Shown: positions 12,515 to 25,441 of the stretch, one piece after another
Numbering within the stretch: the stretch's first letter is position 1
Layout: every line of letters begins with the position of its first letter
Assembly: GCA_963693365.1 (NCBI GenBank)
Contig: CAVNZM010000003.1
Span: 14,292,914 to 14,356,913, forward strand
Length of the DNA: 64,000 nucleotides
Direction: 5' to 3'
Source of the DNA: Amoebidium appalachense
Taxonomy: Eukaryota > Protista > Ichthyosporea
Made by a program: the position numbers and the translations under genes
Notes under the pieces: generated by a model
What the model saw: the letters and a program-made list of their open reading frames with translations, nothing else
Databases searched by the model: none
Told to the model about the DNA's origin: nothing

Positions 12515-14293
12515 GTGTGGGTGTATGTGTGTGCGCATGCGCGTGTGTACGCGTATGTGTGTGTGTGTGATTCGGAGGAGGGTGGGAGAGGGTTAGGAGG
12601 GGGGTGGGAGGGGGGAAAGGAATATACCTGACAGCCACCCCAGATGACCTGGCCAGTCAGATCAAAATCGGCTGGAAAACAATCAAATCAGTAAAGGGTG
12701 TGGTGTGCGCCTGCTTACCATATATGGCGTGGGTTAAAACTAATTGCTGGGGGCAGGGGGGGGGGGGGGGGGGGAGGGTTTGGGTGGGTGGGTGGATGGG
12801 TTGGGGGGGAGGGGGGGGGGGGGGGGAGGGGGAGGGAGCGGGAGGGGAGGGGGGATGTCGTCAGAAGCAAACGAGCAGGTGTGTGTGAGTGCGTGTGGTT
12901 TGTGCGTATTTGGTAAGGGAAGGAGGGCGGTATAATAGGGTTGGGGGTGGGCTGAGAAAGGGAGATAAACCAAGGAAAACAAAGGTGATAATACGAGTGG
13001 TTTCTGAGTGAAGAGAAGTCGAGAAAGGCAGGAAGGGTGACCGGCGGATGTCTACCCGGGTAGGGGGGGGGGGGGGGGGGGAGGGGGAAGGGTGTAGAAG
13101 GAGCCTCTATGGATCACTTTTACTTTTTTAATATTATTATTACGGTTATTGTTGTTGTTGTTTTAATATATTTCATGTTATTTTGTTTTGCTTTCGTTTA
13201 TTTTATCTTTGTTTTGTTTTATTTCTATTTTTTGTTTGGGGGGAGGGGAGGGGGGGGGGGGGAGGGGGGTGGGGAGGAGAGAAGCATGGGGGAGGAGGCG
13301 GGGAGGGGAGGCTGGAAAGATGTTGGTAAAAGGGTGGGTGGTGTACGGGACTACGAAAATAATTGGTAATACAGGGGGATATGGGGGGGGGGGGGGGGGG
13401 GGGGGGGGGAGAACAAAACGGAAAGACAATGAAGTATTAGTAAACTCGGCTCCGGAGGAAACCATTGCCCCCCCCCCCCCCCCCCCCCCCCCCTCTCAAC
13501 CCCTCCCCCCCCCCCCCAAACACACACACACCCCTCCTTCCTCTTGCTTACACACACACACACCTTGTTTTTGGGGATAACGGCAGGGGAGCAGATTGGC
13601 TGGGGGAAGGCGGGGGGAGGGGGGGGTAGGGATCTAAATGCAAGGGGAGGCCAGAACACGGATGCTAGATGGGTCACCACCGGGTGCAAACTTGAGCCAT
13701 GCCCGGAGGATAGCAAACGAGAAAAAAAAGAGAAAAAAGAAAAAAGAAAAGAGAGGAGCGCACACGCATGTGTGTGTATGACGAGAGGGGGGGGGAAGGG
13801 GAGGTGCGCGCGCGTGAAAGTGTGTTGACGTGTGTGTGCTTGTGTATGAAGGTGTGTGTCAGGAGGGGGGAGGGGAGAGAGGGGGGGGGGGGGGGGGGGG
13901 GGGTAAATATATGCGTGCTTGCCTGCTTGCAGGGACGTGTGCACATGCAAATGGTATACCTTCTTGTGCGCACGTGGGTAGGGAGTGCAACGCAGCGGGG
14001 GTGGGTTAGACGGGATGGTGTGAGTGTGTGTGTGTGTGTTTGTGTTTGTGGGGAGGGGCGGTGGGGTGATGTGGAGAGAGGGGGAAGGGGGGAGGGGGGG
14101 AGGGGGGGAGGGGGGGAAAGGGAGGGAGTGAAGCAGGAAGGGAAGTGCACTCACTAGCAGCGCTGTTGAGGGCAAGAACGGTCAGCTTTTCGGCGCCAAA
14201 AGTCAACTCGTGGGGCACATAGTGCGTGTCTATAAATAGACTGGCGTCAAACGCACTGTCGTCATCTTGCGCCATAGTGCTTTTCCCGCCCAT
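6489..14293 (-). CDS. SAM-dependent protein methyltransferase, Methyltransf_16/METTL21-like, 249 aa; complement(join(6489..6599,7452..7550,9215..9375,10821..10940,11360..11435,12628..12671,14155..14293))
   Basis: Hand-spliced GT-AG exons total 750 nt in frame. They give [26 protein letters not shown] (motif I), VVLTDY, LTWG and LLGADVIY. The last exon is the least certain. Confidence 0.88.
8630..8790 (-). ncRNA. Unassigned structured intronic RNA, copy B (k-turn plus pseudoknot)
   Basis: Closing stem AUAAGCA/UGCUUAU; hairpin CUCGUCUU/AAGACGGG; helix CCCAAGU/ACUUGGG; helix GUCUGAGUU/AACUCAGAC; pseudoknot UGACC/GGUCG. Compensatory differences relative to copy A. Confidence 0.6.
8929..9065 (-). 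repeat. 5'-truncated copy C of the intronic structured-RNA element
   Basis: Near-identical to 11543-11680 (tttgaatgcgtcaaaaagtacg...gtcatcc..agtacccgag), then runs into poly-G. Confidence 0.85.
11630..11782 (-). ncRNA. Unassigned structured intronic RNA, copy A (k-turn plus pseudoknot)
   Basis: AUAAGCA/UGCUUAU; CUCGUCU/AGACGGG; CUCAUG/CGUGGG; k-turn UCA-AGU-GAA//GGA-UGA; 14-bp ACAGUAUCUGAGUU/AACUCGGGUACUGU; pseudoknot GACCUA/UAGGUC. The G-U wobbles work only on the minus strand. Confidence 0.6.
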
Positions 14294-14654
14294 TTTTCTT
14301 CAGTCGTTTTTCCTGCACCTCTTCTTTTCTTGGGATTTCTTTTGTGGTGTGTTTTGAATTGACGTTAAAGACTATGTGGTTGTAGGTGTGCTTGTTTCCG
14401 TGTGAGTATATGCATGTGCATGTGAGGATTTCTGTGCAGTTTGTGCTGAACGCCTGAATAAAACCTGGTGAGAAGATAGAGAAAAGGGTCAGAAAACGAA
14501 AGTCTCAGACCAAACAAACAACAAGCAGACTAAGAAGAAACAGGTGGCAGGGATTCTGAAAACAACCTAAATCACGGGAGTCGGGTGGGAGTTCGTTCGC
14601 GTAACCAGCTGCTTCCTTTCAAGTTGAGCAAATATCGAGTCACCAGAATACAAC

Positions 14655-14773
14655 CTACTAATATAGGACATGAGATGCATAGATGTATATCAGTAGTCAA
14701 CGTCAAACTGTAGATCGCTACTAATATAGAACATGAGATGCATAGATGTATATCAGTAGTCAACGTCAAACTG
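14655..14773. repeat. Tandem duplication, period 63 bp, 2 copies
   Basis: ctactaatatag(g/a)acatgagatgcatagatgtatatcagtagtcaacgtcaaactg at 14655 and 14718. Confidence 0.9.
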
Positions 14774-15396
14774 AAGATCCACAAGGAAGGTTCGAAACCA
14801 CATGAAAAGCTCCGACACGGAGGACAGGGCGAAATCAAGGCGAAATCACGTGCATTCTATTCCTGCGATTTCATTGGCACAGAGAGCATCCACATTTTTG
14901 AATAGATCTGGGCCGCGCCAGAGACGGCCCACTGTGCGGCCAGACGGTCCAGCCGGAGTCACCCTCTTTCTCCACTGCAAACCCCCTCCCCCTTCCCCCC
15001 CTCCCCCCTTCCCCCCCCCCCTCCCCCCCCCCCCCCCCCCCGGCCCCCCCCTTTACATTCCCCTAGCTCCCCGATAGTACCCCGAGGCCCTCCCTTTCTG
15101 CTGTCCCTCCTAGCCCCACCCCCCTCCGGATCCGAATCCCCCCCCCCCCCCCCCCCCCCCGGGCCCTCCCTCCCCCCTGCCCCCCCCCCCCCCCCCCCCC
15201 AACCATTCCCCCATGTTCAGCTCCCCACCCCCGGGCCCCTCCCGGCCCTTTTTGCTGCCCGCCCCCCCTCCCCCCACCCACACCCCACCCCCCGGCGCCG
15301 GCCCGTGGGCCCTATGGCCAGCCGCCCATGTACCTCTACGTACTCCCACCTTGGCCCGGGCTCTCGAGCTCCCATATCATGATGTCAATATATATG

Positions 15397-15494
<98 letters not shown>

Positions 15495-16353
15495 TCTCTC
15501 TCCCCCCCCCCCCCCTCTCTCTTTCTCTCTCTCTCTCCCTTTTCCCCTGGGCCCTCTGTGCAGCGCCCCCTCCCCTCCCCATCCCCCCTTCCCAGTAACA
15601 GGGATCCCGTGGAACCTTCCCCTAAGTAAGTGATGAGGGAAACTCGACGATTTTACTAACCATGGCATGAGGATATACATGGCATATGATCAAATATGTT
15701 TGACACACAAGCACCAACTTATATCATATTTTACAAGGAAATAAAGCCGGCACGTAAATGTACACTAATTCTTGCGGTATTGTGCCAGTATCATTATGGG
15801 TAACTGAGTACAACCATGCATATGTACACACGTAGATAAACCCCAGTAGTAAGGCTTTGGTTTGCCTAGTTTGCAGTCCTAACCTACACTTTGAAAACAT
15901 TTAGACATTAGATACTCGACGATATAGCTATTGTACACCGTCTTGAGTCAACCAAGCTGTAGGGGACACAGCTATGGATTTTGGAAAAGAATAGCTGTAA
16001 TCAAACAAGGGAGAGAGAGTGGTGGTCGGGTTTTTTTTTCTTTTTTTTTTTTTTTGTGGGGGAGGGGGGGGGGGGGGGGGGGAGGGAGGGGGGGGGGGGG
16101 AGGAGGAGGGAGGGACGAAGAAGGAAGGGAGGGGGGAGGGGAGGAGGGGGGGGGGGGGGGGGGAGGATTCATGCGTGTGCGTGTGCTTGTGTGGTGCGTG
16201 TATGTGAGTGTGTGTGGGTGTCACATGGCCGGGCTCTCCTTAGACTAAAAGGGCTGCTAGCACTGTGCAAAACAAAAGAATAGCAACTAAGTCTTACAAA
16301 AATCACACTCTCGCTATCCGTAAATAAGTTCCATGTTTAACCTGCCAAAAAAA

Positions 16354-18671
16354 CTACATAGACGAAACTCGGCGGTGCCACTTGTAAGCCCCCATTGCAA
16401 TCAGTCCAACTCCAACAAAAATGACCACCCCAACCGTCACCCTAACCATAACACCACTTTTCCCATCTCCCGCCCGTGGCTGATTTGTAGCCAATGAAAT
16501 GGCCTCCTGACGTGCCTCCTTGCTGATTGGCTTGATATTCTCCAATGAGATGTCTCCGTTTGGATCCCGGAGCGCAAAACGTGTCGAAGGCTCAGGTGTG
16601 AATGTTGGTGTAACTTTAGTGGTGGTGGTTTTGGTGCTGGTTTTGGTAGTAATTTTGGTGCTGGTTTTGGTAGTGGTTTTGGTGCTGGTTTTGGTAGTGG
16701 TTTTGGTGCTGGTTTTGGTGGTGGTGGGTGGGAGTGTGGTGGTTTTAGCGGTGGTAGTGGTTGTAGGGCAGGGTTTCGTTGCTGTTTCGGTTGAAGCAGT
16801 GGTGATGGTGGTAACTTTGGTGGTGGTGGTGGTGGCAGGCTTGGTGGTTCTGGTGGTCATGGTTTTGGTGTGGATTGGTGTTGGTGTCGTGGTTGTTGTG
16901 AAAGGTTTTGTTGTGGTTGGGGTTGTGGGAGGAGTGGTGGTGGTGGGTGGTTTCGTTGTGGTGGTGGTGGTGGGTGGTTTCGACGTAGTGGTGGTGGTGG
17001 TGGTAGTGCATGGTTTCGTTGTCACGGTGGTTGTGGTAGTAGTGGGTGATTTCGTTGTAGTGGTGGTGGTGGTGGTGGTGGTGGTGGGTGGTTTTGTTGT
17101 TGTTGTTGTTGTGGTGGTGGTGGTGGTGGTGCATGGTTTCGTTGTAGTGGTTGAAGTGGTGATGGCGGTGCATGGTTTCGTTTTAGTGGTGGTGGTAGTA
17201 GTAGTCGGTGGTTTCGTTGTAGTGGTGGTAGTGGTGGTGGTGGTGCATGGTTTCGTCGTCGTGGTGGTGGTGGTAGTGGTAGTTGGTGGTTTCGTTATAG
17301 TGGTGGTGGTGGTGCATGGTTTCGTTGTAGTGGTGGTTGTGGTAGTAGTGGGTGATTTCGTTGTAGTGGCGGTGGTGGTGGTGGTGGTGGTGGGTGGTTT
17401 TGTTGTTGTTGTGGTGGTGGTGGTGGTGGAAGTGGTGCATGGTTTGGTTGTAGTGGTTGGAGTAGTGATGGTGGTGCATGGTTTCGTTGTAGTGGTGGTA
17501 GTAGTAGTCGGTGGTTTCGTTGTAGTGGTGGTAGTGGTGGTGGTGGTGCATGGTTTCGTCGTCGTGGTGGTGGTGGTAGTGGTAGTTGGTGGTTTCGTTA
17601 TAGTGGTGGTGGTGGTGCATGGTTTCGTTGTAGTGGTGGTTGTGGTAGTAGTGGGTGATTTCGTTGTAGTGGTGGTGGTGGTGGTGGTGGTGGTGGGTGG
17701 TTTTGTTGTTGTGGTGGTGGTGGTGGTGGTGGAAGTGGTGCATGGTTTCGTTGTAGTGGTTGCCGTGGTGATGGTGGTGCATGGTTTCGTTGTAGTGGTG
17801 GTGGTAGTAGTAGTCGGTGGTTTTGTTGTAGTGGTGGTAGTGGTGGTGGTGGTGCATGGTTTCGTCGTCGTGGTGGTGGTGGTAGAGGTAGTTGGTGGTT
17901 TCGTTATAGTGGTGGTGGTGGTGCATGGTTTCGTGGTAGTGGTGGTGGTAGTAGTGGTGGTTGATTTCGTTGTGGTGGTGGTGGTGCATGGCTTCGTTGT
18001 AGTGGTGGTGGTGGTAGTCGATGGTGGTTTTGTTGTGGTGGTGGTGGTAGTGGTAGTGGTGCATGGTTTCGTTGTAGTGGTGGTGGTGGTGGTGCATGGT
18101 TTCGTTGTAGTGGTGGTGGTGGTAGTAGTTGGTGGTTTCGTTGTTGTTGTTGTTGTTGTGGTGGTGGTGGTGCTGGTGGGTGGTTTCGTGGTTGTCGTTG
18201 TTGTGGTGGTGGTAGTACAATGTTTCGTTGTAGTGGTGGTGGTGGTGGTCGTTGTTTTTGGCCCACAATTATACCCACAGTACTCATCATACAACTTCTT
18301 GCACGCACACAGACTGCAAATGCAATCAGGGGGTGTGTGGCCGCATGTTGCGTTGCAGAATTTGTTGGTGGTTGTGCTCCCCACGCTGATAAAACCACCG
18401 CAATACTCCAGCGACATTTCAAAGCCCGGGATAGGACTGTTTCCAAATCTGTAGTTTGTTTGGGTGTTGGTTTTGGGTTAGCAAAGAAAATGTGGAACTG
18501 GTTTGGTGGGATACAAAAAGGCTGGTAAATTCCCCATATGTCATCTTTCCCTTCCCCCCCCCCCCCCCTTCTCCCCAACCTCTGTTCCCCTCCCTCCCTC
18601 CTTCCCCCCCCCCCCCCCCCCCCCATTTTTGTTTTCCCCTACGGTATTTTATTTCAAAAAAGGTTGTCCTT

Positions 18672-18712
<41 letters not shown>

Positions 18713-19125
18713 GGTAGCAGGATGTATGTGCTTGTGCATGTGAGTGTGGGCTGGGTATGCATACTTGTCATCTTACATAAACATAGACAAGCCCCCTTTC
18801 AATAACTTCATAACTTCCCAAAAAAGGGGCCGCCAAAGGTAGCAAACCAACGTGGCGTCCTATTTGGGCAAGAGTTAATGCACGGTGATTGGGGGGGCAG
18901 GTGAAGGAGGGGGGGGCGGGGGGGGGATCTAAGGTGTGAAAGTGTGCATACCACGATACATACCGATCATACCAGAGCTTCTCGCACCTTCCCTCTACCC
19001 CATATCCGTAACAATCATCACACATGCAGTACGCAGGGGGGCAGATATAGTCTCCGTCCGGCTGGCTGCATTTTGCCTGGCAGAATTTGTCCGTCCAGGG
19101 AGACCTGGGTGTGGCCTTATACTGT

Positions 19126-19174
<49 letters not shown>

Positions 19175-20809
19175 ATGGGGGGAGAAGGGGAGAGGATGGG
19201 GGTTTTTTTTTGGGGGGGGGGGGGGGGGGGGGGGAGAGTGTGTGTGTGTGTGTGGTGGGGGGGGGAGGAGGGGGGTGTGGGGTGTGGGGCGGGAGGGGGG
19301 AAGGGGGGAAGGGGGTCGGGAGGGGGAGGGGGGGATGGGGATGGGAGGTTGGGGGGGTGGGGGGGAGGGTGGAGGGTGGGTGTGGGGAGGGGGGGGGGGG
19401 GGGGGGGGAGGCGGGGAGTCGGTAAAGTCGTTGTGGGTATGTGCATGTGTGTACGTGTGTGTGTGTGTGTGCGCGCGCGCGTGCGTGTGTGTGCATGCGC
19501 GTGTGTGTGTGTATGTGTGTGTGTGTGTAGACACGGGCTTGTGTGATATTGTGTGCATGGAAAGTCGTGTAAAGGTGTATGTGTATGGTGTGTTTCGTGC
19601 ATGCATGTGCTTTCGTGTGAGTGTGCGCATTCGCGTGCATTCGCGCGTGCGCGTGTGTGTGTGCGCGCGCATGTATGTGTGCTTGAATGTGTATGCGTGT
19701 ATGTGTGTGTGTGCACGCTTGTGAACATATCAGTAACGTGGTTCATATAGGTGTGCGGGGGTTCTACCGTTGTACATGTGCTTGTAAGTGTGTGTGTGTG
19801 TCTAATCTGCAGAGATGCCACCCTAGATTACTGTACTTACTTTATCTTTGAGTCTTTTTCTTTAGGTCTGCAGAGATGCCACCCTAGATTACTGTACTTA
19901 CTTTATCTTTGAGTCTTCTTCTTTAGGTTTTAAGAAAATTGTTAGCATAAGTTGACTCCCTTTACTGCGACGAATGCGTGTTTAGTCTCTGGGAAAACTG
20001 GGAGGATGTATATGCCTCTTGATTACGTGTGCTCTCTCGCAGAAGCATTGGAGCATGCTTCTGCAAACAAGGACATGTAATATTCAACACCTACGAACTT
20101 CAACACATATACCCACAAACTGCTGTTGCTTGCTTGCGAATTAGCCTGTGAATGTCTGACGGAGTTCTTATTTGTCAAATTATTCTTTTTCGAGTTTTGA
20201 CACGGTATTGTGTGGGAAGGATAATGCGGGGGAAGAGGGAATATTTGAAGGGGGGAAGGGGGGAGGGGAGTGGGGGTTGAGGGGGGAGGGGGAGAGGGGG
20301 GACGGGGTAAGCATGCCTTTCCACAAAGGCATCTGAGGGGTGCTTCAGCCGCTCTGGCGTACAGTTCACCTGTGTTTATATACGGTGTGCCTTTAGTTCC
20401 GGGTGGTGGAAGGTGAGAAGCCTAAAACGTATGCGTGGAGGTCGAATTTTGTAATATGTACAGTCTAATATGGGGAGGTGTGTGTATGTGTGTGTGTGTA
20501 TGTGCGGGGGGAGGGGGGGGAGGGGGGGAGGGAGGAAGGGAAGCAATAGGGGTGCCCCGGGGAGAAAGGGAGGGGAGGGGAGGGGGGGGAGGGGAGGGGG
20601 GAGGGGAGGGGGACGGGACATGGAGGCTGGAGGAATATAAATTAAAACATAGAGAAAGCCCGAGAGTGTGCAGAGCGTTAGCTGGTAAGTAGGTGCAGGG
20701 TAGGTGGTTGGCAGCTCTGTGTGGGGGGAAGCGAGGGTGGGGGGGTGGCCCCCAAGGCAAAGGGAAGGGGAAGGTGATGGTGGTGGTGTTTGTGTTTACG
20801 TGAGTGTGT

Positions 20810-20840
<31 letters not shown>

Positions 20841-20936
20841 GGGGGGGGGGGACATTCAACGAATGTGCCTTTTATCTATCGATCGATTCATGACCCCCTC
20901 CGCCCCCTCCCACCCCCCCCCCCCCCCCCCTCCCCC

Positions 20937-21006
<70 letters not shown>

Positions 21007-21245
21007 ACCACCACCACCAAAAAAAAAAAAAAAAAAAAAAAAAGGAACATATATGAACCCTTCCTCCTGAGTGACAATGGTGTTAACGAGTGTCGAAGAA
21101 AGCCAATCCTGAACTCACCCTTTGCAGCCCGTGGGTTGATGCGGTCTGTGCTGGCAGGAGACGACCACTCAACCTGCGCCAACAGCAGCAAAACACACAG
21201 AAAGGTGGCCTTGTTAACGGCCGTGGTTATTCCACGTTTCGCCAT
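16354..21245 (-). CDS. Type I membrane mucin-like protein, ~810 aa: signal peptide, two Cys-rich modules, Thr-rich stalk, TM helix; complement(join(16354..18448,18964..19121,20317..20369,21119..21245))
   Basis: Signal FLCVLLLLAQVEWS; modules CGKYKA..DKFCQAKC..CPPAYCMC and CGGFIS..NKFCNATC..PPDCICSLCAC; KPC/KPP-Tn repeats; TM VTVGVVIFVGVGLIAMGAY followed by KWHRR. Exon phases 1, 0 and 2 join in frame, with intron 2 using a GC donor. Confidence 0.82.
16620..18250 (-). repeat. Coding (ACC/ACT/ACA)n mucin repeat with a ~300-bp higher-order unit (about 3 copies)
   Basis: agtgggtgatttcgttgtag (KSP unit) recurs near 17041, 17348 and 17650. Confidence 0.85.
19806..19928. repeat. Intronic tandem duplication, period 61 bp, 2 copies
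   Basis: tctgcagagatgccaccctagattactgtacttactttatctttgagtctt... at 19806 and 19867. Confidence 0.9.
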
Positions 21246-21684
21246 CCTTTTTCTTCCAAGTTCGGGAGGAACTGCTAACTTTTTTCTCAGAGAATAACAG
21301 CCTGATAGTGTAGAATATTGCTGTGAAATCGTGGTGATAGTGTCTACATCGCAATAGTATTAGACGTAACTTTTTGAGTTTTTCAATGTCAATGTGATAT
21401 CTACAAACACATTCACCGCCATGCAGCTGTACATGTTACACAGTTATGCTTTGGGCGGGCATGCAGCAGCATCAAGTAATAGGGGAGAGGGGATACCGTG
21501 AACGGCTCACTAGAGATAACAGCGGTATCTATATAGCAGGCTTCGTCAAAGAGGCTATGAGCAGGTGTACGGGGCGTACATCAGTCGGGGGTTACTGAGT
21601 TGTGCAGTGCCGTTGCCACAAGTTGCAGCCTGCAGCTGGCACTTTTGCATGTGGTGTAACAAATATTGTGTCTTATCTCTTTTT

Positions 21685-21715
<31 letters not shown>

Positions 21716-22685
21716 GAGGGCATTATCTGGTGCTGTTGAAATCATTTATCTTTTTGTAGGATATGTTAGCAGGGGCTGAAATGCTCGTTTTTGTTAGATC
21801 CTGCCAGTACACAGCTGTAGAGTTATGGCAAATAATATGTCGGATCCCAAAAGAGAGCAGGTGATGATGTACATCACGAACATACGCATGCACGTGCATA
21901 TGTGGGCACACATATCTGGAAACAACTGCAAAACGTGAAGCCGCGGAGTGCCAGCTCCATTCTATCTGGATGAGCAATGGCTGTGCACGTGTCACAGCTG
22001 TAACGGGTTGTGTTCAAGGGAGAATGTGCGTGTGAGAGTATCCGCGAACACCCGCATGTACGTGTACGTCGACGATCAACACGATCGCGAGTGTGCTTGT
22101 AGTGTACCCTTACTTACATATGCACCCTTTCCCGCAGATCTCAAGTGCCAAGAATAAAGATGCTAACTAGACCAGCATTTATGTTAGTCTATGTTTTAAT
22201 TGGGATTAAGTCGTACATGGATACATGGTAAGGCTTACAACGGTGGAGATGATACCAGGCAGTTTGCAAGCACGTTTTTGCTCTTGAATAGATCTACATA
22301 GGAATGTATTTGGACACGTTTAGCCAATCGTATCGCCTTTGATTCAGATTTCATTTGATTGGTGAATACAAGATATCGGAAATCTGATTGGCTAAATTCA
22401 GTTTTCACGGCCAGGGCCAGGGTTCGAACTTTAGAGAACTCAAACTGTAGCAGGAGTGCCTCCGAACTTCCCCAAGTTCTAACGAAACCGCTTTGTGCAC
22501 GGTGTTTTCAACCAAGTGGCACTGGGAGTGTTTGTGCATGTGGGTGTGTTTGCGTGCGTATGTGTCATGATACGCCCGTGTAATTGTTGTGCTGTTTGTG
22601 TGTGTGTGTGTGTGGGTGAATGGGATATATACCGATCCGGCAGTTGGTAGCCATCATGTCTGTGCGTGTGGCACTGCGGGTGACA

Positions 22686-22724
<39 letters not shown>

Positions 22725-23179
22725 AGCGGGGAGCAGTAGCGGGCAGCCAGTAGTTCCAATGAAGTCAACCCACGATCGCTCCCTAATTTGACAAGCTTTC
22801 AGTTTCCAAAAATAGCTGCCTAAACTGCATCGTTTTCTGATCCAACATAAGCACAACATTATCTCACGTCGGACCTTTGAGTTTCGTACCCCGGCCAAGG
22901 TGTACCGGTCAAGCGCAAGCCGACATTTTCTGTCATGGTGTAAAATTCAGGAGGCTGATTGCCTATGCAGGCAGGAAAGGTAGAATTGAACATGGAGCGA
23001 AGAAGGGGGGATCCTGTTGGGAAAGAGGTGTGAGGGACAAAGGTGCAAGTGTAGTAGTTGACGCCAACTGAAGCCCTGGATATGCTATGTGGTTGGAAAG
23101 ACGAAAGATGATACGACCTTGTAGGGAAAACACGTGAGCATGAGCTGTGTGTGTATGTTTGGGGGAGGAGGGGTGAGGG

Positions 23180-23403
<224 letters not shown>

Positions 23404-23965
23404 TGAGAGAGTGGTTATTTATGCAAAACAAAAGTTAGGAATGATGAATGCAAGCAAGGTACTTTGATTGTCTTGTCGTGAAGAAACCAAAAGAGAAAAG
23501 AATGCCACAAACATACTAACGGCAGGGGGATGGGCGGGGTATTGTACTATGGGGTAGCAAGACACAAAATCGATTTGCATACTACTGTTGTAGACCTACC
23601 TGATTGATTGAAATTGAAAACGTATGAACCAATCAAAATCTTTCAACAGAACTTTTTTTTTGGGCGGGAAATTTCGTGATTTTACAATAAAACTGATCTC
23701 GGCGGAGCCTCGATCTGTGGCCCAATCTCCATACGAGGCAGTGGGGAAGCGTAGCGCGCGCGCGCGTGTGTGTGTGTGTGCGTGTGTGGGGGAGGTGAAG
23801 GAGAGGCGGGTTGGGGGAGGAGGTAGAAGAGGTATCGGGTAGGGAGAGGGAAGTTGCATGTGTGTGTGCGGGCGGGGGAGCTACCATATGAGAGGACTTA
23901 GGCACTTATGCAGTGCGGGTGTGTTGATTTGTGTGTGTTGGGTGTTATGGGTGTGTGTGTTTGGG

Positions 23966-23999
<34 letters not shown>

Positions 24000-24021
24000 A
24001 GGGGAAGGGGAGAGGATGCAG

Positions 24022-24100
<79 letters not shown>

Positions 24101-24153
24101 TGTGCACACACATTTGTGTGTGTGTGTGTGCGTGCGTGTGTGTCTGCAGTGCG

Positions 24154-24210
<57 letters not shown>

Positions 24211-25316
24211 AGAGGTGTGTGTGTGTGTGTTTGTGTGTGTGTGTTTGTGTGTGTTTGCGTGCACATGATATGGTATGCACGTGTGAGTGGTAGGGAGTGG
24301 CTGTTGATAAACACTCTCCCCACGGCAACAGAAAGACATTTTCTTTGCAGCCATTCCAGTCATTAAACAACAACCAATTACATTTCACTACCGGCATACC
24401 AGTGATAAATAACCGTAAACAACCGTACGTAGGTATGATGTAGTAGGAAGGCTGTACCTGTTGCTGTCGCGGTGTTGTTGTCGACGGTGATTTAGGGATT
24501 TATGAAATCACCATGCGTTAAAGTTGGAGTTGAAAGCAATTGTGTTCCTATTGCGTGGAAGTACACTGGAGTGCCTTGTATTCTTTCTTCACCAGAACAC
24601 AATGGAAATGAAAACGTACGTTGACTTTCTCGTTTTGGTGAATTGGTCCGTACCCTTGAACCTTTTGTATAGCTGGTACTACATGCAGTTTCCCGTAGAC
24701 TCCATGTGTGTCACTTTTGAAATATACCAACCATGTGCCGGCACCCCATCGATCTGTAGGATTGAAACAGTTGGGGAACTTAAGCGTTCCTGTTGCTAAA
24801 CAGTAATGTTTCGGGTTTTTCAGTTGAATTGGAGAGAGAGAAGGTAAATACTCTCTGAAATCGGTACGTAGTGCCATCAATTCTCCACCGTCAGCTGCCA
24901 TGCTGAAACCGGATAGACTTTGAACTGAATGCGATCGCTACGTTTTGTAGTTGGTGTATATATGCCAGAATAATAATTTATGACAGGTGCGGTTAAAGAG
25001 GGGACTGGGTTAACGTTACGGGACCGTAGGAATGAATGTGAAATGAGGTTTGGGGGGTTCAGTCGTGCGCATGGAATTGCTTGATTAGGGTGTTCGGGAA
25101 CCATTGAGTTTTTGGTAGGGAGTGTGTGTGTATGTTACTGGTCACGATGAGGTGTTGGTGTTGTCCTGGTTTTCTTTTCTGTTTTGGTTGTTGGGCTTTT
25201 CTCCCCTCTTTTCTGTCTTTTGTTCATGTCCTTTTTTTGGGGAAGGTTGTGGACATAGGTGATTGAGGTTGCATGGCAGGTGTGTGATGTTCCAGAATGT
25301 GCGTTAATCGATGGGG

Positions 25317-25323
25317 TATAAAA
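25317..25323 (+). promoter_or_regulatory. Putative TATA box of the two-exon gene at 25442
   Basis: TATAAAA about 120 bp upstream of the ATG. Confidence 0.45.
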
Positions 25324-25441
25324 GGGTGTGCGCAGTTTGTTATTGAAATCAGTTAGCAGTTACTCTTCCAATTCTTCTTCTTTTTTTTTTTTTTTCCCCT
25401 TCTTCTTTTTTATTTTTATTGTTTCCTGAGAGTTTTTGAAA

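Noticed and set aside
16520-18454. 644-aa poly-Val ORF and His-rich ORFs
   Set aside because: Antisense and alternate frames of the Thr-rich mucin exon.
22415-22896. Imperfect inverted repeat ggccagggttcgaac / gtttcgtaccccggcc as a MITE
   Set aside because: Several mismatches and no target-site duplication.
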